From the NCBI GenBank assembly GCA_951406725.2, contig OX597834.1, positions 8,184,001 to 8,248,000 on the forward strand: a DNA stretch of 64,000 nt, in the 5' to 3' direction. The position numbers and the translations under genes are program-made. This document shows, in pieces, positions 41,631-55,157 of the stretch. The DNA is from Octopus vulgaris. Its lineage: Eukaryota. Position 1 is the first letter of the stretch, and every line of letters begins with the position of its first letter. The notes beneath the pieces were generated by a model that saw only the letters and a list, made by a program, of their open reading frames with translations, ran no database searches and was not told the DNA's origin.

Positions 41631-42076
41631 GGATCTTTTCGGTTTGAACGGCAGTTTTTAACATAATTTATAGATAATTAAAAAAAATTTAAACTTCGTA
41701 TGCTGGTAGAATGTGTTTATAAAACATCTTTTTCTCTTGGCTTTATTGAGAAAATTCTATAGTTTGTAAGATATCTCTTTGTTTTTTTCTTTTCAATTTC
41801 TTCCATTCAACCAATCAATTACGTCTATTGAGGTAAATATCATTCTGTGCCGTATGAATGTGTCCCTCGTTTAAGAAACAGATTGGGTTTATTTACATTT
41901 GTGAAGAAAAAAAGATACCCTTCCTCCCACCCCCAACCCTAACAATAACCCTAAGCCTAACTAATCCTAACTCTAAAACAGATAGAAATGCAATAGATCG
42001 ATACTAGGGTCATAATTATGGGTGACAATTTCATATGACACCGCTAGAAAAACTGCCGTTCAAACCGAAAAGATCC
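41631..42076. mobile_element. MITE with 28-bp TIRs and 8-bp TSD (Merlin-like)
   Basis: TIR GGATCTTTTCGGTTTGAACGGCAGTTTT at both ends; flanks cacagccc / caccgccc; GG termini. Confidence 0.85.
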
Positions 42077-42497
42077 CACCGCCCCACATTTAATATCGGT
42101 TTAGTATTTATAACCCCGTAACAATTCCTGCTCTCTTAGCCCTTACCGTTTCATGTAATTATTGGTTTATTTTCAACGATTCCATGATTTCCTTTAGACA
42201 GAATATTTCTTGGCAGTCACTAAACAGTGCCATTATCCTTTATGTTTTATATGTTCTGGGTAACTAGTACTACCTTACATTTTGAACCCTAATTCAAATA
42301 TGTATTGAAGTAGTAGTAAAAATGGTTCAACGAAGTGCAGTGTTCCGCAAGGGAGTCTAAGAACTCCGTCGATTTGAATTATGTATATACATAACTCAAT
42401 GCTTTCGAAAATTGATAATAATTGTTGCACATTTTGTATAAAATAATATTTACATACATAATATAGCATTAATATTAATTAACATGTTTATCTATAT

Positions 42498-42878
42498 AGG
42501 AATGGCTAAGTGGTAAGAAGATTGCGTCCTAGCCATATAGTTCCGGGCTCAATTCTACTTCGTGGCAATTTGGGTGTGTGTGTTTTTTTTATAGCCTCGG
42601 GCCAACCAACGTCCTCTGAGCGGAGTACGTAGAAGGAAACTAAAAGAAGCTCGTCGCATGTGTGTTCTTTTTTCGTCAGTGTTCCCCCACTACCACTAAC
42701 TCTACAATCGGAGTTGGTGTTTATGTCTCCGTAACAGTGGTTTCACAAAAGAGTATGATAGAATAAGTAGCCGGCTTTAACACAAATAAGTGCTAGAGTT
42801 TTCTCATTCGACTTAAAAGGTCTTAGGGAGGTGCCCCAGCTTGGCCGCTGTCTAATGACTAAAGCAGGTTAAAGGTAA
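42498..42878 (+). mobile_element. diverged SINE family A
   Basis: aggaatggctaagtggtaagaag..gatagaataagta..gccccagcttggccgc. Confidence 0.8.
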
Positions 42879-43082
42879 AAGCTAGGTTTATATTTTTGTA
42901 GTGTTGAAATATAAACAATCTTCGTTTTATTATTATATTTAGAAAACGCATTATTATTTCTATTTGACTTGTGTGTTGTCGAGTAGTGAAGCTTATTGTG
43001 CAGCTATCATATAAGCAATGAACACTAGCTTGTTTCACTACCGTCTTTATAATTACTTCTGCTGTAATATAACTACTAAATA

Positions 43083-43628
43083 TTGGGTTGTCCGGAAAGT
43101 TCGTGCCGATTTTTGAAGGAAAGAAAAAGGTCAATAAATATCTGCCATTACATTTCTAATCAACCAAGTATGAACCATTTTGTTCCACAATGCGTCTCCG
43201 TCTTTCCTTTAACTTGAAAATACCCTCTTCCCAGAATTGAGGTGGTTTCATGGCGAACAATTCATCAAGGTATCTTTTTACGTCATCAAAGGAATTGGAA
43301 TTGTTTACCATTAAGACTATTCTGCAGAGACCTGAATAAGTGGGAATCCGAAGGAGCAATATTTGGTGAATATGGAGGGTGGGGTAACACATTCCAGCTG
43401 AGCTGCAGCAATTTTTGCCTGGTTCCCAAAGCATCAAATGACGAAAGCGAACTTTCTTATCTTCCATTTTAAAGTGTTACGGAATTAACACAGGTTATAG
43501 GAACATAAAACTTCTTCCACGAAACGATAGCTTAAACTGTGCTCTAATGGAGGTGTAGACAATCATGTTCTAAAATAATTCCAAAGGTAAGCTACTATAA
43601 ATCGTCACGAACTTTCCGAACAACTCAA
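43083..43628 (-). mobile_element. internally deleted mariner with both TIRs
   Basis: TA|TTGGGTTGTCCGGAAAGTTCGTG..cacgaactttccgaacaactcaa|TA; MEDKKVRFRHLML fused to WNVLPHPPYSPNIAPSD..IVEQNGSYLVD. Confidence 0.93.
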
Positions 43629-43804
43629 TACATACAGCATTTAACTAAGAGGTCATATTTATCCTCACTGGTGATATAAACAAGTGTGCATTTTGTACCA
43701 AAAGCAAATGTGAGAGCTTGTCTCATGGTATCTACCGCAGTATAGTTGGTTCTCATAGAAGATCCACGATTAACTGGGGATAAATCTGAGCTCTCGGTAT
43801 TAAT

Positions 43805-44044
43805 AAGGCGGCGAGCTGGTAGAAACGTTAGCGCGCCTGGCGAAAAGCTTCCCGGCATTTCGTCTGCAGCTACGTTCTGAGTGCAAATTCCACCGAAGTC
43901 GACTTTGCCTTTCATCCTTTTGGGGTCAATAAATTAAGTACCAGTTACGCACTGGAGTCGATATAATCGACTTAATCCGATTGTCTGTCCTTGTTTGTCC
44001 TCTCTGTGTTTAGCCCCTTGTGGGTAGTAAAGAAATAGGTATTT
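43805..44044 (+). mobile_element. SINE family B monomer
   Basis: complete head-to-tail copy. Confidence 0.93.
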
Positions 44045-44065
44045 ATTAGCGATAGAGGCAGTATT

Positions 44066-44304
44066 AATACCTATTTCTTTACTACCCACAAGGGGCTAAA
44101 CACAGAGGGGACAAAGCAGGACAGACATAGGTATTAAGTCGATTACATCGACCCCAGTGCATAAGTGGTACTTAATTTATCTACCCCGAAAGGATGATGG
44201 GTAAAGTCGACCTCGGCGGAATTTGAACTCAGAACGTAACGGCAGACGAAAGACGGCTACGCATTTCGCCCGGTGTGCTAACGATTCTGCCTGCTCGCCG
44301 CCTT
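44066..44304 (-). mobile_element. SINE family B monomer (inverted partner of 43805-44044)
   Basis: complete copy in opposite orientation. Confidence 0.93.
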
Positions 44305-44642
44305 AAATAAATAAATCGCTAATAAATACAGTTAACTAAATACAATGCTGCATCACATAAGTACTTGTATGCAGCTGTTTCCTCAGAAAGTTATCGTTGT
44401 TTTTTCAATAGTGCTCAATACCAAATCTGCTCTACTAACATACATCTATTTTGCGCCTTTTTTCCGTTATATAAATATACATTTTTTGTCTCGCTTTCTT
44501 CAATAATGCTCAATACTCAACGGTGCTATTGACATTATTTCCTTGTTGTGACTTTTCCATACCGTTATATAAATTCCATGACAAATTCTCGAACTAAATT
44601 TCTCTTCACTGCGAGAACGATTTACTTTTGTTTCACTATGTT

Positions 44643-45432
44643 ATACCTATTACTACACTACCCACAAGGGGCTAAACACAGAGGAGACAAACAAGGACAG
44701 ACAAACGGATTAAGTCGATTACATCGACCCCAGTGCGTAACTGGTGCTTAATTTATCGACCCTGGAAGGATGAAAGGCAAAGTCGACCTCGGCGGAATTT
44801 GAACTCAGAACGTAACAGCAGACGAAATACCTATTTCTTTACTACCCACAAGGGGCTAAACACAGAGGAGACAAACAAGGACATTCAAACGGATTAAGTC
44901 GATTACATCGACCCCAGGGCGTAACTGGTGCTTAATTTATCGACCCTGGAAGGATGAAAGGCAAAGTCGACCTCGGCGGAATTTGAACTCAGAACGTAAC
45001 AGCAGACGAAATACCTATTTCTTTACTACCCACAAGGGGCTAAACATAGAGGGGACAAACAAGGACATTCAAACGGATTAAGTCGATTACATCGACCCCA
45101 GTGCGTAACTGGTGCTTAATTTATCGAACCCCGAAAGGATGAAAGGCAAAGTCGACCACGGCGGAATTTGAACTCGGAACGTAACGGGAGACGAAATACC
45201 TATTTCTTTACTACCCACATGGGGCTAAACACAGAGGAGACAAACAAGGACAGACAAACGGATTAAGTCGATTACATCGACCCCAGTGCGTAACTGGTGC
45301 TTAATTTATCGACCCCGGAAAGATGAAAGGCAAAGTCGACCTCGGCGGAATTTGAAGTCGGAACGTAACGGCTGACGAAATATGGCACCGCATTTCGCCC
45401 GGCGTGCTAACGTTTCTGCCAGCTCGCCACCT
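44643..45432 (-). mobile_element. SINE family B, one head plus four tandem bodies
   Basis: cccaca(a/t)ggggctaaa recurs at 44661, 44845, 45029 and 45214 (period 184-185). Confidence 0.95.
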
Positions 45433-45844
45433 ATGTTATATCATTGAAGCTAGCACGCTTGTTATGTACATAAATGGATTAGTTAGTTGTTTCTCGGAGA
45501 TAAGTGAAACGATATTGGTACCTCTGATGAGACCCCCCCATCGAAAATCGAATAAATCTTTTCATCATATTTTCAATATGCAGGAAATGAGGCACTTTTA
45601 GTATAAACATATGTCTACTTCAAAATTCTACAAATACATCATCATATAGTGATATGATATGGACTAGGTAACATGTTCAGAAGCAAATGTTATTAGAATC
45701 AACAATTAGCCTCTTATAGTATGCTAATTCTGTGGCTCTATTAGGATTTAGGTGTATGTAAACAGAATGGATTATTGTTTTTCTGGGATTTTTCAATTGA
45801 TGTACTCAACGCTATTGAGGCTTCGATTAATTATGCATGCATAT

Positions 45845-45866
45845 ATCTATCTATCTATCTATCTAA

Positions 45867-45944
<78 letters not shown>

Positions 45945-46310
45945 GGGTAAACCTCACCTGTCCTCCCCTTTACACTTCATATTGACATTTCAGTGATAAC
46001 GATCCCTATTGATCAAATTATTTTCCTTTCCCTCCCCCCCTTTTTTTTAAAAATCTTATTTTATCCCCCCCTTTTTTGTCCTCTTTCTTTCCATTTACGA
46101 TCCCTTTCGATCGAAAACCAAAAGAAAAGCTCTACCTTTTAATTTTGTCCTGTCTGTGTGACTAATAAAGAAACATATCTATCTATCTATCTAGCCTATC
46201 TATCTATCTATCTATCTATTTATCTGTCTATCTGTCTATCTATCCATCCATCTATCTATCTTTCTATCTATCTAACTATTAATGTGCATATATATATATA
46301 TATTATATAT

Positions 46311-46379
<69 letters not shown>

Positions 46380-46390
46380 CAGATAGACAG
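45845..46390. repeat. (ATCT)n/(GATA)n tracts interrupted by an insert at 45945-46176 ending aataaagaaa
   Basis: direct inspection. Confidence 0.85.
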
Positions 46391-47111
46391 AGACAGACAA
46401 ACAGAAGACAGACAAACAGACAGACAGATATATAACAGCGAGTGAGATAGAGAGAGAAATCGTGAGTGAGACACATGAAAGGGCGAAAGAGAGAGTAAGA
46501 GAGAGAGAGAGAGTGAGTAAAGTGAGAGTGAGAGAGGCATACCTATCGTGCCTTGAATAAATAAGTTGAACAGGATTTGAAATGAGATTATATGATTTAA
46601 CAGAATGCATAACGAGTGATAATCTACGTTATCATCTCACTACCACCCATTATCATTAATAATATTGATAATTGTAATTAGAATATCAATCGCATTAATA
46701 TTGACATTAATGAAATATATTATAACATTTCCGATGATCAATTGTTTACTTAATGCGACATTAAAATATTTGTAAAAACAAACAAAAGAAGAAAACAAAA
46801 GATATCTGTTATAAAATATTTTAGTAAAATATTTCCTGGGTGGGAAAAAAAAATGATACATCATTTAATTATTTAATCAATCAATTTTAATCGTTAAATA
46901 TTTATAGGTTTCAAAATATATTTATGTTTGGTTCGTCAGTTTTTCCTACGCGCATGTGATAAGAGGCTTTTTGTTCGAACAAGGTTACTGCTGCGGTTGC
47001 CGTTTAACCCCAGGTCAACAATGAACGAGCTCAATTCTCTCCAAAGACAATGCAATAATGGCAATCACATATTTAGCAAGGACACGTCCTAATAATCGTT
47101 CCAAGTCATAT

Positions 47112-47615
47112 CTCTCTCTCTATCCGCTAAGTCGAAGTCGACTCTCGGTCACTCGTTGGATCAGTGTCCTCCAGTCAGCCCCACCCTGGGCCGCCTTCTT
47201 CAGATTCACTAAGTCCATTCCGGTATCCCTCCCAAAGGTGCCAAGCCAGCGGGTTCTTGGTCGGCCTCTTCCTCTCTTGCCACTGACCATTCCGAGCGTA
47301 ATGCCCTTCTCCAGGGATTTTCTCCGCATAATATGCCCGAAATATGCCAATCTATGCTTGGTGGTCCTATCTTCTAGCGACGTTTTCGGCCTGATCTGCT
47401 TAAGAACTTCTCCTTGTTGAGCCTCGCTGTTCATGGAATCCGTAAAAGTCTTCTCCAACACCAAAGCTCGAATGCATTAATTATCTTCTGGTCAGGTTTC
47501 TTTAGTGTCCAGGTCTTGCATCCATATGTTGCTATTGCGAAGGCAATTGCATTCACCAATCTGCATTTGGTAGCGAGTCTGATGGGCTCTACTCTTCCAG
47601 ACCCTGCGCCTGCTC
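47112..47615 (-). mobile_element. 5'-truncated RTE (BovB-like) LINE
   Basis: ATYGCKTWTL..INAFELWCWRRLLRIP..LAYFGHIMRR..GKRGRGRPRTRW; TSD ccaagtcatat at 47101 and 47616. Confidence 0.93.
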
Positions 47616-48110
47616 CCAAGTCATATATCGTGTAATTTTAAGGCAACTGTGTTTTACCTTCAAGGCATAGCTCTGATATTCCTGGAACAGCTAGTAAACT
47701 TGCTGGAACGCTTTCCTATTTCTTTGTTAATTTTTGTGACAAACATGAAATAAAAATGCTCCGTTTATAATATTCTCGAGGCTCTTAATGACTGGTGGCA
47801 ACGGTGTGGCTAATGTTTCTCACGACTAGTTTCAAATCAATATCTGCAGAGTGGGAAATGCAGTTTCAAGCTTGCGAGATAAAGGATTTGCAGTAGCGGT
47901 TACGGTGAGGCCTCGCAAAGGACAAAACATGGGTGACGAAAGGACTGTATTTGAATGAGTGAGAGTGACACGAAATTACTAAAAGTGAACACGAGAGGGA
48001 TTTGGGGAGATAGCAAAATTGTAGCTCGGAATATGGTGTGTATATTTTTGAGAGATTTCATGCGCCACACCTCTGATAACTCTTCTTTTCATGTAGTCTA
48101 GAATATCTGA

Positions 48111-48497
48111 GTGGAGGCGCAATGACCCAGTGGTTAGGGCAGCGGACTCGGGGTTCATAGGATCGCGGTTTCAGTTTCCAGACCGGGCGTTGTGAGTGTT
48201 TATTGAGCGAAAACACCTAAAAGCTCCACGAGACTCCGGCAGGGGATGGTGGTGATCCCTGCTGTACTCTTTCACCACAACTTTCTCTCACTCATACTTC
48301 CTGTTTCTGTTGTACCTGTATTTCAAAGGGCCGGCCTTGTCACTCTCTGTGTCACGCTCAATATCCCCGAGAACTACGTTAAGGGTACACGTGTCTGTGG
48401 AGTGCTCAGCCACTTACACGTTAATTTCACGAGCAGGCTGTTCCGTTGATTCGGATCAACCGGAACCCTCGACGTCGGAATCGACCGAGTGCTTCCC
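48111..48497 (+). mobile_element. SINE family D, full length
   Basis: tRNA-like head ggaggcgcaatg(a/g)cccagtggttagggc; TSD agaatatctga. Confidence 0.92.
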
Positions 48498-48654
48498 AGA
48501 ATATCTGAATACGTAGCTACAGCACCATCCTGGAAAAATCATGTTGCAAGATTCTGTAAGTGAGACTTGGTGCAATAGTCAAATGTTAACATACACCTCG
48601 TTAGAATATTTATGTTATAAAATTCGACACCAATTTTTGCAGCCATATCAGCAG

Positions 48655-49105
48655 CAAGGAGGCGAACTGACAGAACCTAGCAGGCCGAGAAAACTGTTTT
48701 GCGGCATTTCGTCCGTCCTTACATTGAGTTCCAATTCCACCAGAACGACTTTGTCTTCCATCCGTTCGGGGTCGATAAAATAAGTACACATTGACCCCTG
48801 GGGTTGGTGCAATCAACTAGCCCCACCCTCAAAATATGAAGCCTTGTGTCTATAGTAGGATGGTTTGATACTTTTATTAGATATTACAAGACGGTGAACG
48901 GCCAGAATCGATATCATGCCGGTCAAAATGTTTTGCGCCATTTCGGCTATCCTTACGTTTAGAGTTCAATTTCCGCCGAGGTCGACTTGCGTTCCATCCG
49001 TTCGGGATCGATAAACTAAGTACCACTTGAGCATTGGAGTCGATGAAATCGATTTAGCCCCACCCATCAAAATTTCAGGCCTGGTGCCTATAGTAGAAAG
49101 GATTC
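48655..49105 (+). mobile_element. two decayed SINE family B-related copies
   Basis: aaggaggcgaactgacagaa.. and aagacggtgaacggccagaatcg.., each with ttccatccgttcggg(g/a)tcgataaa. Confidence 0.78.
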
Positions 49106-49116
49106 TTTTTCTTCTT

Positions 49117-49212
<96 letters not shown>

Positions 49213-49552
49213 GAGTGAGAGAGCAGTTCATGCCATCAAAGTGACACTGGGGTAAAATATACGAAGCCCAATATACCCATCATGACTACCCGTCTGATAA
49301 GAGTACACCAGGCACATACATCAGAAACATATGTGCGCGACATGATGATCTCATATCAAGATAAACAGCGCATGACCTTGCAGGTGGGGTCCAGTTAAAA
49401 ATTTCTTCAGGTTGAGTAGTCCATCCCGCTCAAAAGGTCCCTGAATAAGGGTTGTTTAAGGATGTTGAAAGAACCACCCATGTTTCCAGAGGTGAAATAT
49501 TCAAACCCCAAAGAAACCCTCTCAACACATGGCTATGATGCTCCCCCACTAC
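49213..49552. mobile_element. ~340-bp insert inside an (ATT)n tract, unclassified
   Basis: GC-richer island precisely bounded by (ATT)n on both sides. Confidence 0.5.
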
Positions 49553-49623
<71 letters not shown>

Positions 49624-49919
49624 GTTATTGGATATTGTTATTTTCAGATTTCATATCATAGGAAGCAGAAGTGACTTTATGAGAAAAGAAAAATTCAATT
49701 CTTTTAGCTTTTACAAATTCTTGACAGTGCGGCAAATGTACAGTGTATATTACATTCAAATAAATCTTGCAATAACAGGGCTACCGTTGCAGTATTTCCC
49801 AGTATGTATGATGCTTTTACTAATAATAAGTTTTTCGAGATAATCAACAATGTGTTCAATATGATAGAATTTTCGAAAAACGAGTCAAAAATTCAATACG
49901 CACCACTCTGTCCTATTGT

Positions 49920-49940
49920 AATATATGTTTATATATATAT

Positions 49941-50009
<69 letters not shown>

Positions 50010-50262
50010 TATGTATATATTTATATATACATATATATATATATGTATATACATATACATATACATATGTACATATATATATATATATATATACATACAT
50101 ATATATGTGTGTATATATATATATTATATATATATATTTATATATATAAACATACTTTATAGGACATATATATATGTGTATATATATGTATATACATATA
50201 TATATGTATATATATATATGTATATACATATATATATGTGTGTATATATATATATACATATT

Positions 50263-50359
<97 letters not shown>

Positions 50360-50360
50360 A
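49920..50360. repeat. degenerate (TA)n/(TACA)n tract
   Basis: direct inspection. Confidence 0.95.
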
Positions 50361-51756
50361 AGAAAGGAATTCATACTCTCACTGGTGTATTATGCAAGGG
50401 TATTCCTTTTTTTCTTTTCTTTGTAAAGTATTGTAATATATCTTAGCGAAGAAGCAAACAGGACAATGGCAGTAATTAACGAGATTTGAACTTATGAACG
50501 TGCGCAGTCAGTAAGGCCTTCACATACAACCCTCACTGCAATAATATATGGGTTACGGTCGATAGAATTCTTTAGTACATTAATTATAAGAAAACATTTA
50601 TGTATTCGAATTTGTGCTTCGGTACTGGTCTTTCTCTGTGTATGCGTGTCTGTGTGTGTGTGTGTCTGTTTCAGTGTCTGGTTTTATGTGTGTTAGTTGT
50701 GAAGTATATATAAGTGTTGCGCATTGATATTCAAATATAAGTGTGTGTCTGTATATGTACGTATGTGTGTGTATGTGTGTGTGTGTGTATGTGTGTTTGT
50801 GTGTGGTGTGCAGTTAACCAAAGTTCATTACTCACTTCTAATATTACATTGCTTAGGTATTTTGTAAGACTTTTTTTTTTTTAGTATATATATATATTTT
50901 TTAACGTCATTATATTTTTCTTCAATTTGCGCCAATCAATTGTTCAACCAATTTCTATTTCGCTTCGGCCTCGCTCTTCTCCTCTTAATAAAATTTCTTT
51001 TTAGTTTTATTAAAATTCTTTTAAATAACTTTTTGTTTTTTTTCTTCCTTAATTTTTGTTGTATTTTTTCTATTCTATTGTAATACTTTTGAACAACTTT
51101 TATGTATAATTTTATTTCATTTGCTTTTATTTTATGTTCATCGAAGTTCGTTTTGTTTAATTGAAATTATTGATGGACCATTTCTTCTCATTTAGGACTA
51201 GAGAGAACAATATTCCACTTATCTTTTGACGAGCAGCGATATGATGGAGGAGAGAGATGGAGTGTTGGTGCTGATTGCTATAATGGTGGGGAGCTGTTGG
51301 TTGTAGGGAATAATGATGATAACGGCATTGGTAGGGAGTAGTAGTGGTAATAGTTGTAACGTTTATAGTCGTAGTAGTAGTTGTTGTTGTAGTACTTGCA
51401 ATGGTGGTACTTATGTTTCTGGCGGTGCTGGCGTCGATGGTGTCGATGGTTATATTGAGGTACTTGTATTTCAAGATGTTATTGTGATGATACGAATGTC
51501 ATCGCGGGTAGTTCGGGTTGTGTGTACTGATTGTTATGCAATTTCTGCTTGAACTTATGATGCTGTAAGAATTATCTTATAGCGACGATGGTTATATTTC
51601 AATCGGTTAGCACTTTTGTAGTTGTGGCTGTTTTTTACTTTTATTTATAGTTTTTGTTACATTTGTAGTATTACAGTGGCTGTCGTTACATTTCTACTGG
51701 TATTAGTGGTGTTTTTTGATGGCTATACTTATGCATTGGATGTTAGTAGTAATACT

Positions 51757-51947
51757 GTGGAGGCGCAATGGCCCAGTGGTTAGGGCAGCGGACTCGCGGT
51801 CATAGGATCGCGGTTTCGATTCCCAGACCGGGCGTTGTGAGTGTTTATTGAGCGAAAACACCTAAAAGCTCCACGAGTCTCCGGCAGGGGATTGCGGTGT
51901 TCCCTGCTGTACTCTTTCACCACAACTTTCTCTCACTCTTACTTCCC
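51757..51947 (+). mobile_element. SINE family D short form (head plus core only) with TSD
   Basis: ends at cttacttcc; flanks agtagtaatact / agtggtaatact. Confidence 0.88.
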
Positions 51948-52696
51948 AGTGGTAATACTAAAAGTGATGGTGGATGTAAAGATTTTGAAGATAGATGTAG
52001 AATTCATAGTAATAATTATGCTTTCTGTGCCTTTACTAATATTAGTTATGCTTGTAGTACGTAAACTAGAGATGCGTTAATTAGTGGCGGCAATAAATGT
52101 TGTTTTGGCGCTGGTGTGAGTGGTGTTGCTTGAAATGCTTATAGTTTTGTTGGTTAAAATCGTAGCACTTACAACCGTAGTAGCGATTGTGTATTGTGGT
52201 TATAATCGGGTTTTGTCCTGTTGCTCGTACATATGATGCTGTCTTAATATCTTTAGTGGTGCTGGCTTTATTTGCAGTGGTATGTTATATCAATGGAATT
52301 GCGTCTAGTTGATTGTTAGACTTAACGTTAATGTTTGTAATAGAAGAGGTGACGCCTATCGGTAATTTAATTCGAATAAGGGGTATAGTTTTTAGTGGCA
52401 AACTTTATGATTGACGTGGTAGAGAGGATAATATATATAATATCGCTGTTTCTTCCTTAGCCTCATATCGACCCATTTTTGCAGAATTTTGATCGAGGTT
52501 ACTCCAGTCATATTAAACAATCGTTTAGGTCTTATAGTTTAAAATGCAGTGGTGTTACTTGAGGTTGATATCACAGATACTTGTAACATGCGTGTAACAT
52601 ACCTGTAAGAACGTAGGGACAGACTTTCTTTAATAATGATATTTATGTGCTAGCCAGGACTCTTGCATAGTCAATTCACTGGCAAATGTTGATGGA

Positions 52697-53085
52697 GTGG
52701 AGGCGCGATGGCCCATTGATCAGGGCAGCGGACTCGCGGTCATAGGTTCGCGGTTTCGATTCCCAGACCGGGCCTTGTGAGTGTTTATTGAGCGAAAACA
52801 CCTAAAAGCTCCACGATCCCCGGCAGGGGATGGTGGTGATCCCTGCTGTACTCTTTCACCACAACTTTCTCTCACTCTTACTTCCTGTTTCTGTTGTACC
52901 AGTATTTCAAGGGGCTGGCCTTGTCACTCTCTGTGTCACGCTGAATATCCCCGAGAACTGCGTTAAGTGTGCACGTGTCTGTGGAGTGCTCAGCCACTTA
53001 CACGTTAATTTTACGAGCAGGCTGTTCCGTTGATTCGAATCAACCGGAACCCTCGTCGTCGTAACCGACGGAGTGCTTCAAGAAG
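52697..53085 (+). mobile_element. SINE family D, full length
   Basis: homology; TSD aaatgt(t/g)gatggag. Confidence 0.92.
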
Positions 53086-53452
53086 AGAGAAATGTGGATG
53101 GAGGGATCTTCATGAGATCGATGAATTGTATTTCAGTTATGGTGTTAGAGTTTGTGAATGTATCTGAGGGAAAACGCGGAGGAAAGCAGGCGCTTGTTTA
53201 GAAGTCCAAATATATAACCTCAACAATACACAATGAGACTTAAGTTGTAAAATCCTGTAAAGATTAGGAATCACAGGGAGAACATGAAAGCAGTAATTTA
53301 GTCAAAAGCATGCAGTTGCTGGTAACGAAATACTGGCCATATGGACTCGGAGAATTCGATCCAGCTTTTGTAGCTTGTATTTTTTATAAGGGAATAAGAG
53401 ATACATTTGGTAGTACCTCAAGAGGCTTGTTTTGATCGTTTATCTGTTATCC

Positions 53453-53885
53453 GTTTCAGTCATTAGTCTGCGGCCATGCTGGGGTGCCGCCTTGAATAAC
53501 TTTTAGTCGAGTAAATTGGCCTTAGAAATTATGCTTTGTCTGGAAGCCTTGTACTTATTTTATCGGTATTTTTGTCGATCCACTAACTTACAGGAGCATT
53601 TACAATCCAACATAGACACGCAAACTCAAGACACGCAAACACGCTCTCGGACATATACAAACACACAATTATATGAATATACGTGTGTGTATTTATGTAC
53701 ACACACATATATATATACATAGACACACACACACACATACATACAAGAAGCTTCTTTCTGTTTCTGTCTACCAAACCCACTCTGGTCGGACCGAATGTAT
53801 AGTAGAAGCCACTTGTCCAAGAATTGAACCTGGAACCATTCATTTGGGAAGCAAGCTCCTTTCTATGGGGCCAGGCCTGCGGCTT
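53453..53885 (-). mobile_element. diverged SINE family A
   Basis: gtttcagtcattagtctgcggccatgctgg..gaacctggaaccat..cctgcg. Confidence 0.8.
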
Positions 53886-55157
53886 ATTTATTTTTCACAG
53901 TTATTTGACTAGTTATTTCTCGGACAATCAATACTGGTGATAATGGTAAAAGTATATAATGGTTAAGTAGATCTCGTAGAAATGATGCTTGGATTAATAC
54001 TGTTTATATTTGTTGTTGTAGTAGTGTTTCTATTATACAGAAGCAACAATTAAAGGTGAAAGAATCAAGTTTTGTTGTGTTGGGTTCCTTAGGCATCATG
54101 CATATATAAGGCAGACTTAGTGAAACGTGGCTTACCCAAGCCATGGTGTAAGCTATCACTTTAAACATGTTGTGTGCCAATGGGATATTATTTTCAGCAA
54201 TTCGTGTGATCTCGTAGTTCAGCTGAGATTGCGAGTATGTTGACTCAAGTCCAATCCGATAAAGCAGGCCTACGTTGTACATGCACATCAAGCAATACAT
54301 GTATTGTTATACATACCATGCAATAGATCAAATAAACGGAAATCTGATATTTCTAACACGTGCAACTCACTTTTTATTACAGTTAACATTATATTATCAT
54401 TTCCATTACTATTGTACTGTAAAAGCTTTTCTCACATAGTTGCATGTATGTCTCTGTTTGTAAGTATTGTAACGTAGGATTAACTCTAACACAAACTCGT
54501 GATACATTCCCTCTTCAAACTTAACTCTTAAACTCACTTTGACTCACTGTCAAAGTCTCATTTTCTACAACCTCATCAATCATTGCTCCCGCTTGCTCGA
54601 AATTCTTCCCCTCTCTTGCCTCTCTATTTTTCTCACTCGGTCGCTCTCTCGTTCTTCCTGTGTCGTTTCGTCACACTTTCTTTGTCGTAATCTTCCTATG
54701 TATTTCTCTCTCATTTCTGTTCTCCTCTCTTCTCACTTTCCGTCTTCTCTCCGGTCTTCTATAACTCTCTGGAATTCGTATTATTTTGTCAAATATAATT
54801 CTTAATTATTCACAAAATTTTGAATTAATCATGCAATATCTTATAGTCTTGACATTTCGAAAACAGGATTGTTTATCTTTAAAATGCCATTATAAGGCTG
54901 TGTGAAAGCCGAATCTGATCAGCTTGATCGTAAAACAGGCTGATGGGACCTGATATGAAAGGATTTAAATGCTAAAGGGATAACAATCACATTCCTTATC
55001 CAGAAGGCTGCAATACATATGTCTCCTAAAACCGTTTACCTTAATTCTCTCGATATTTTCTTCTTTAGACTTTGAAGAAAATCAGATGTGAATTTTCGTT
55101 CTTCTTTGTCGTATCTCTATTTATATGCAAGGTAAAAAGTGTTAATATATATCCTTA

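Noticed and set aside
41927-41977. Interstitial telomere or fusion scar
   Set aside because: Short, degenerate and inside a TIR element.
44643-45432. CRISPR-like regular array
   Set aside because: Units are contiguous SINE bodies without unique spacers; eukaryotic context and no cas genes.
45520-45555. CTGATGA-GA-ccccccca-TC-GAAA hammerhead core
   Set aside because: Only a 2-bp stem II and no stem I or cleavage triplet; compatible with chance.
49290-49340. CTGATAA..GAAACATATGT hammerhead-like spacing
   Set aside because: Core mismatch and no pairing for stem I or stem II.
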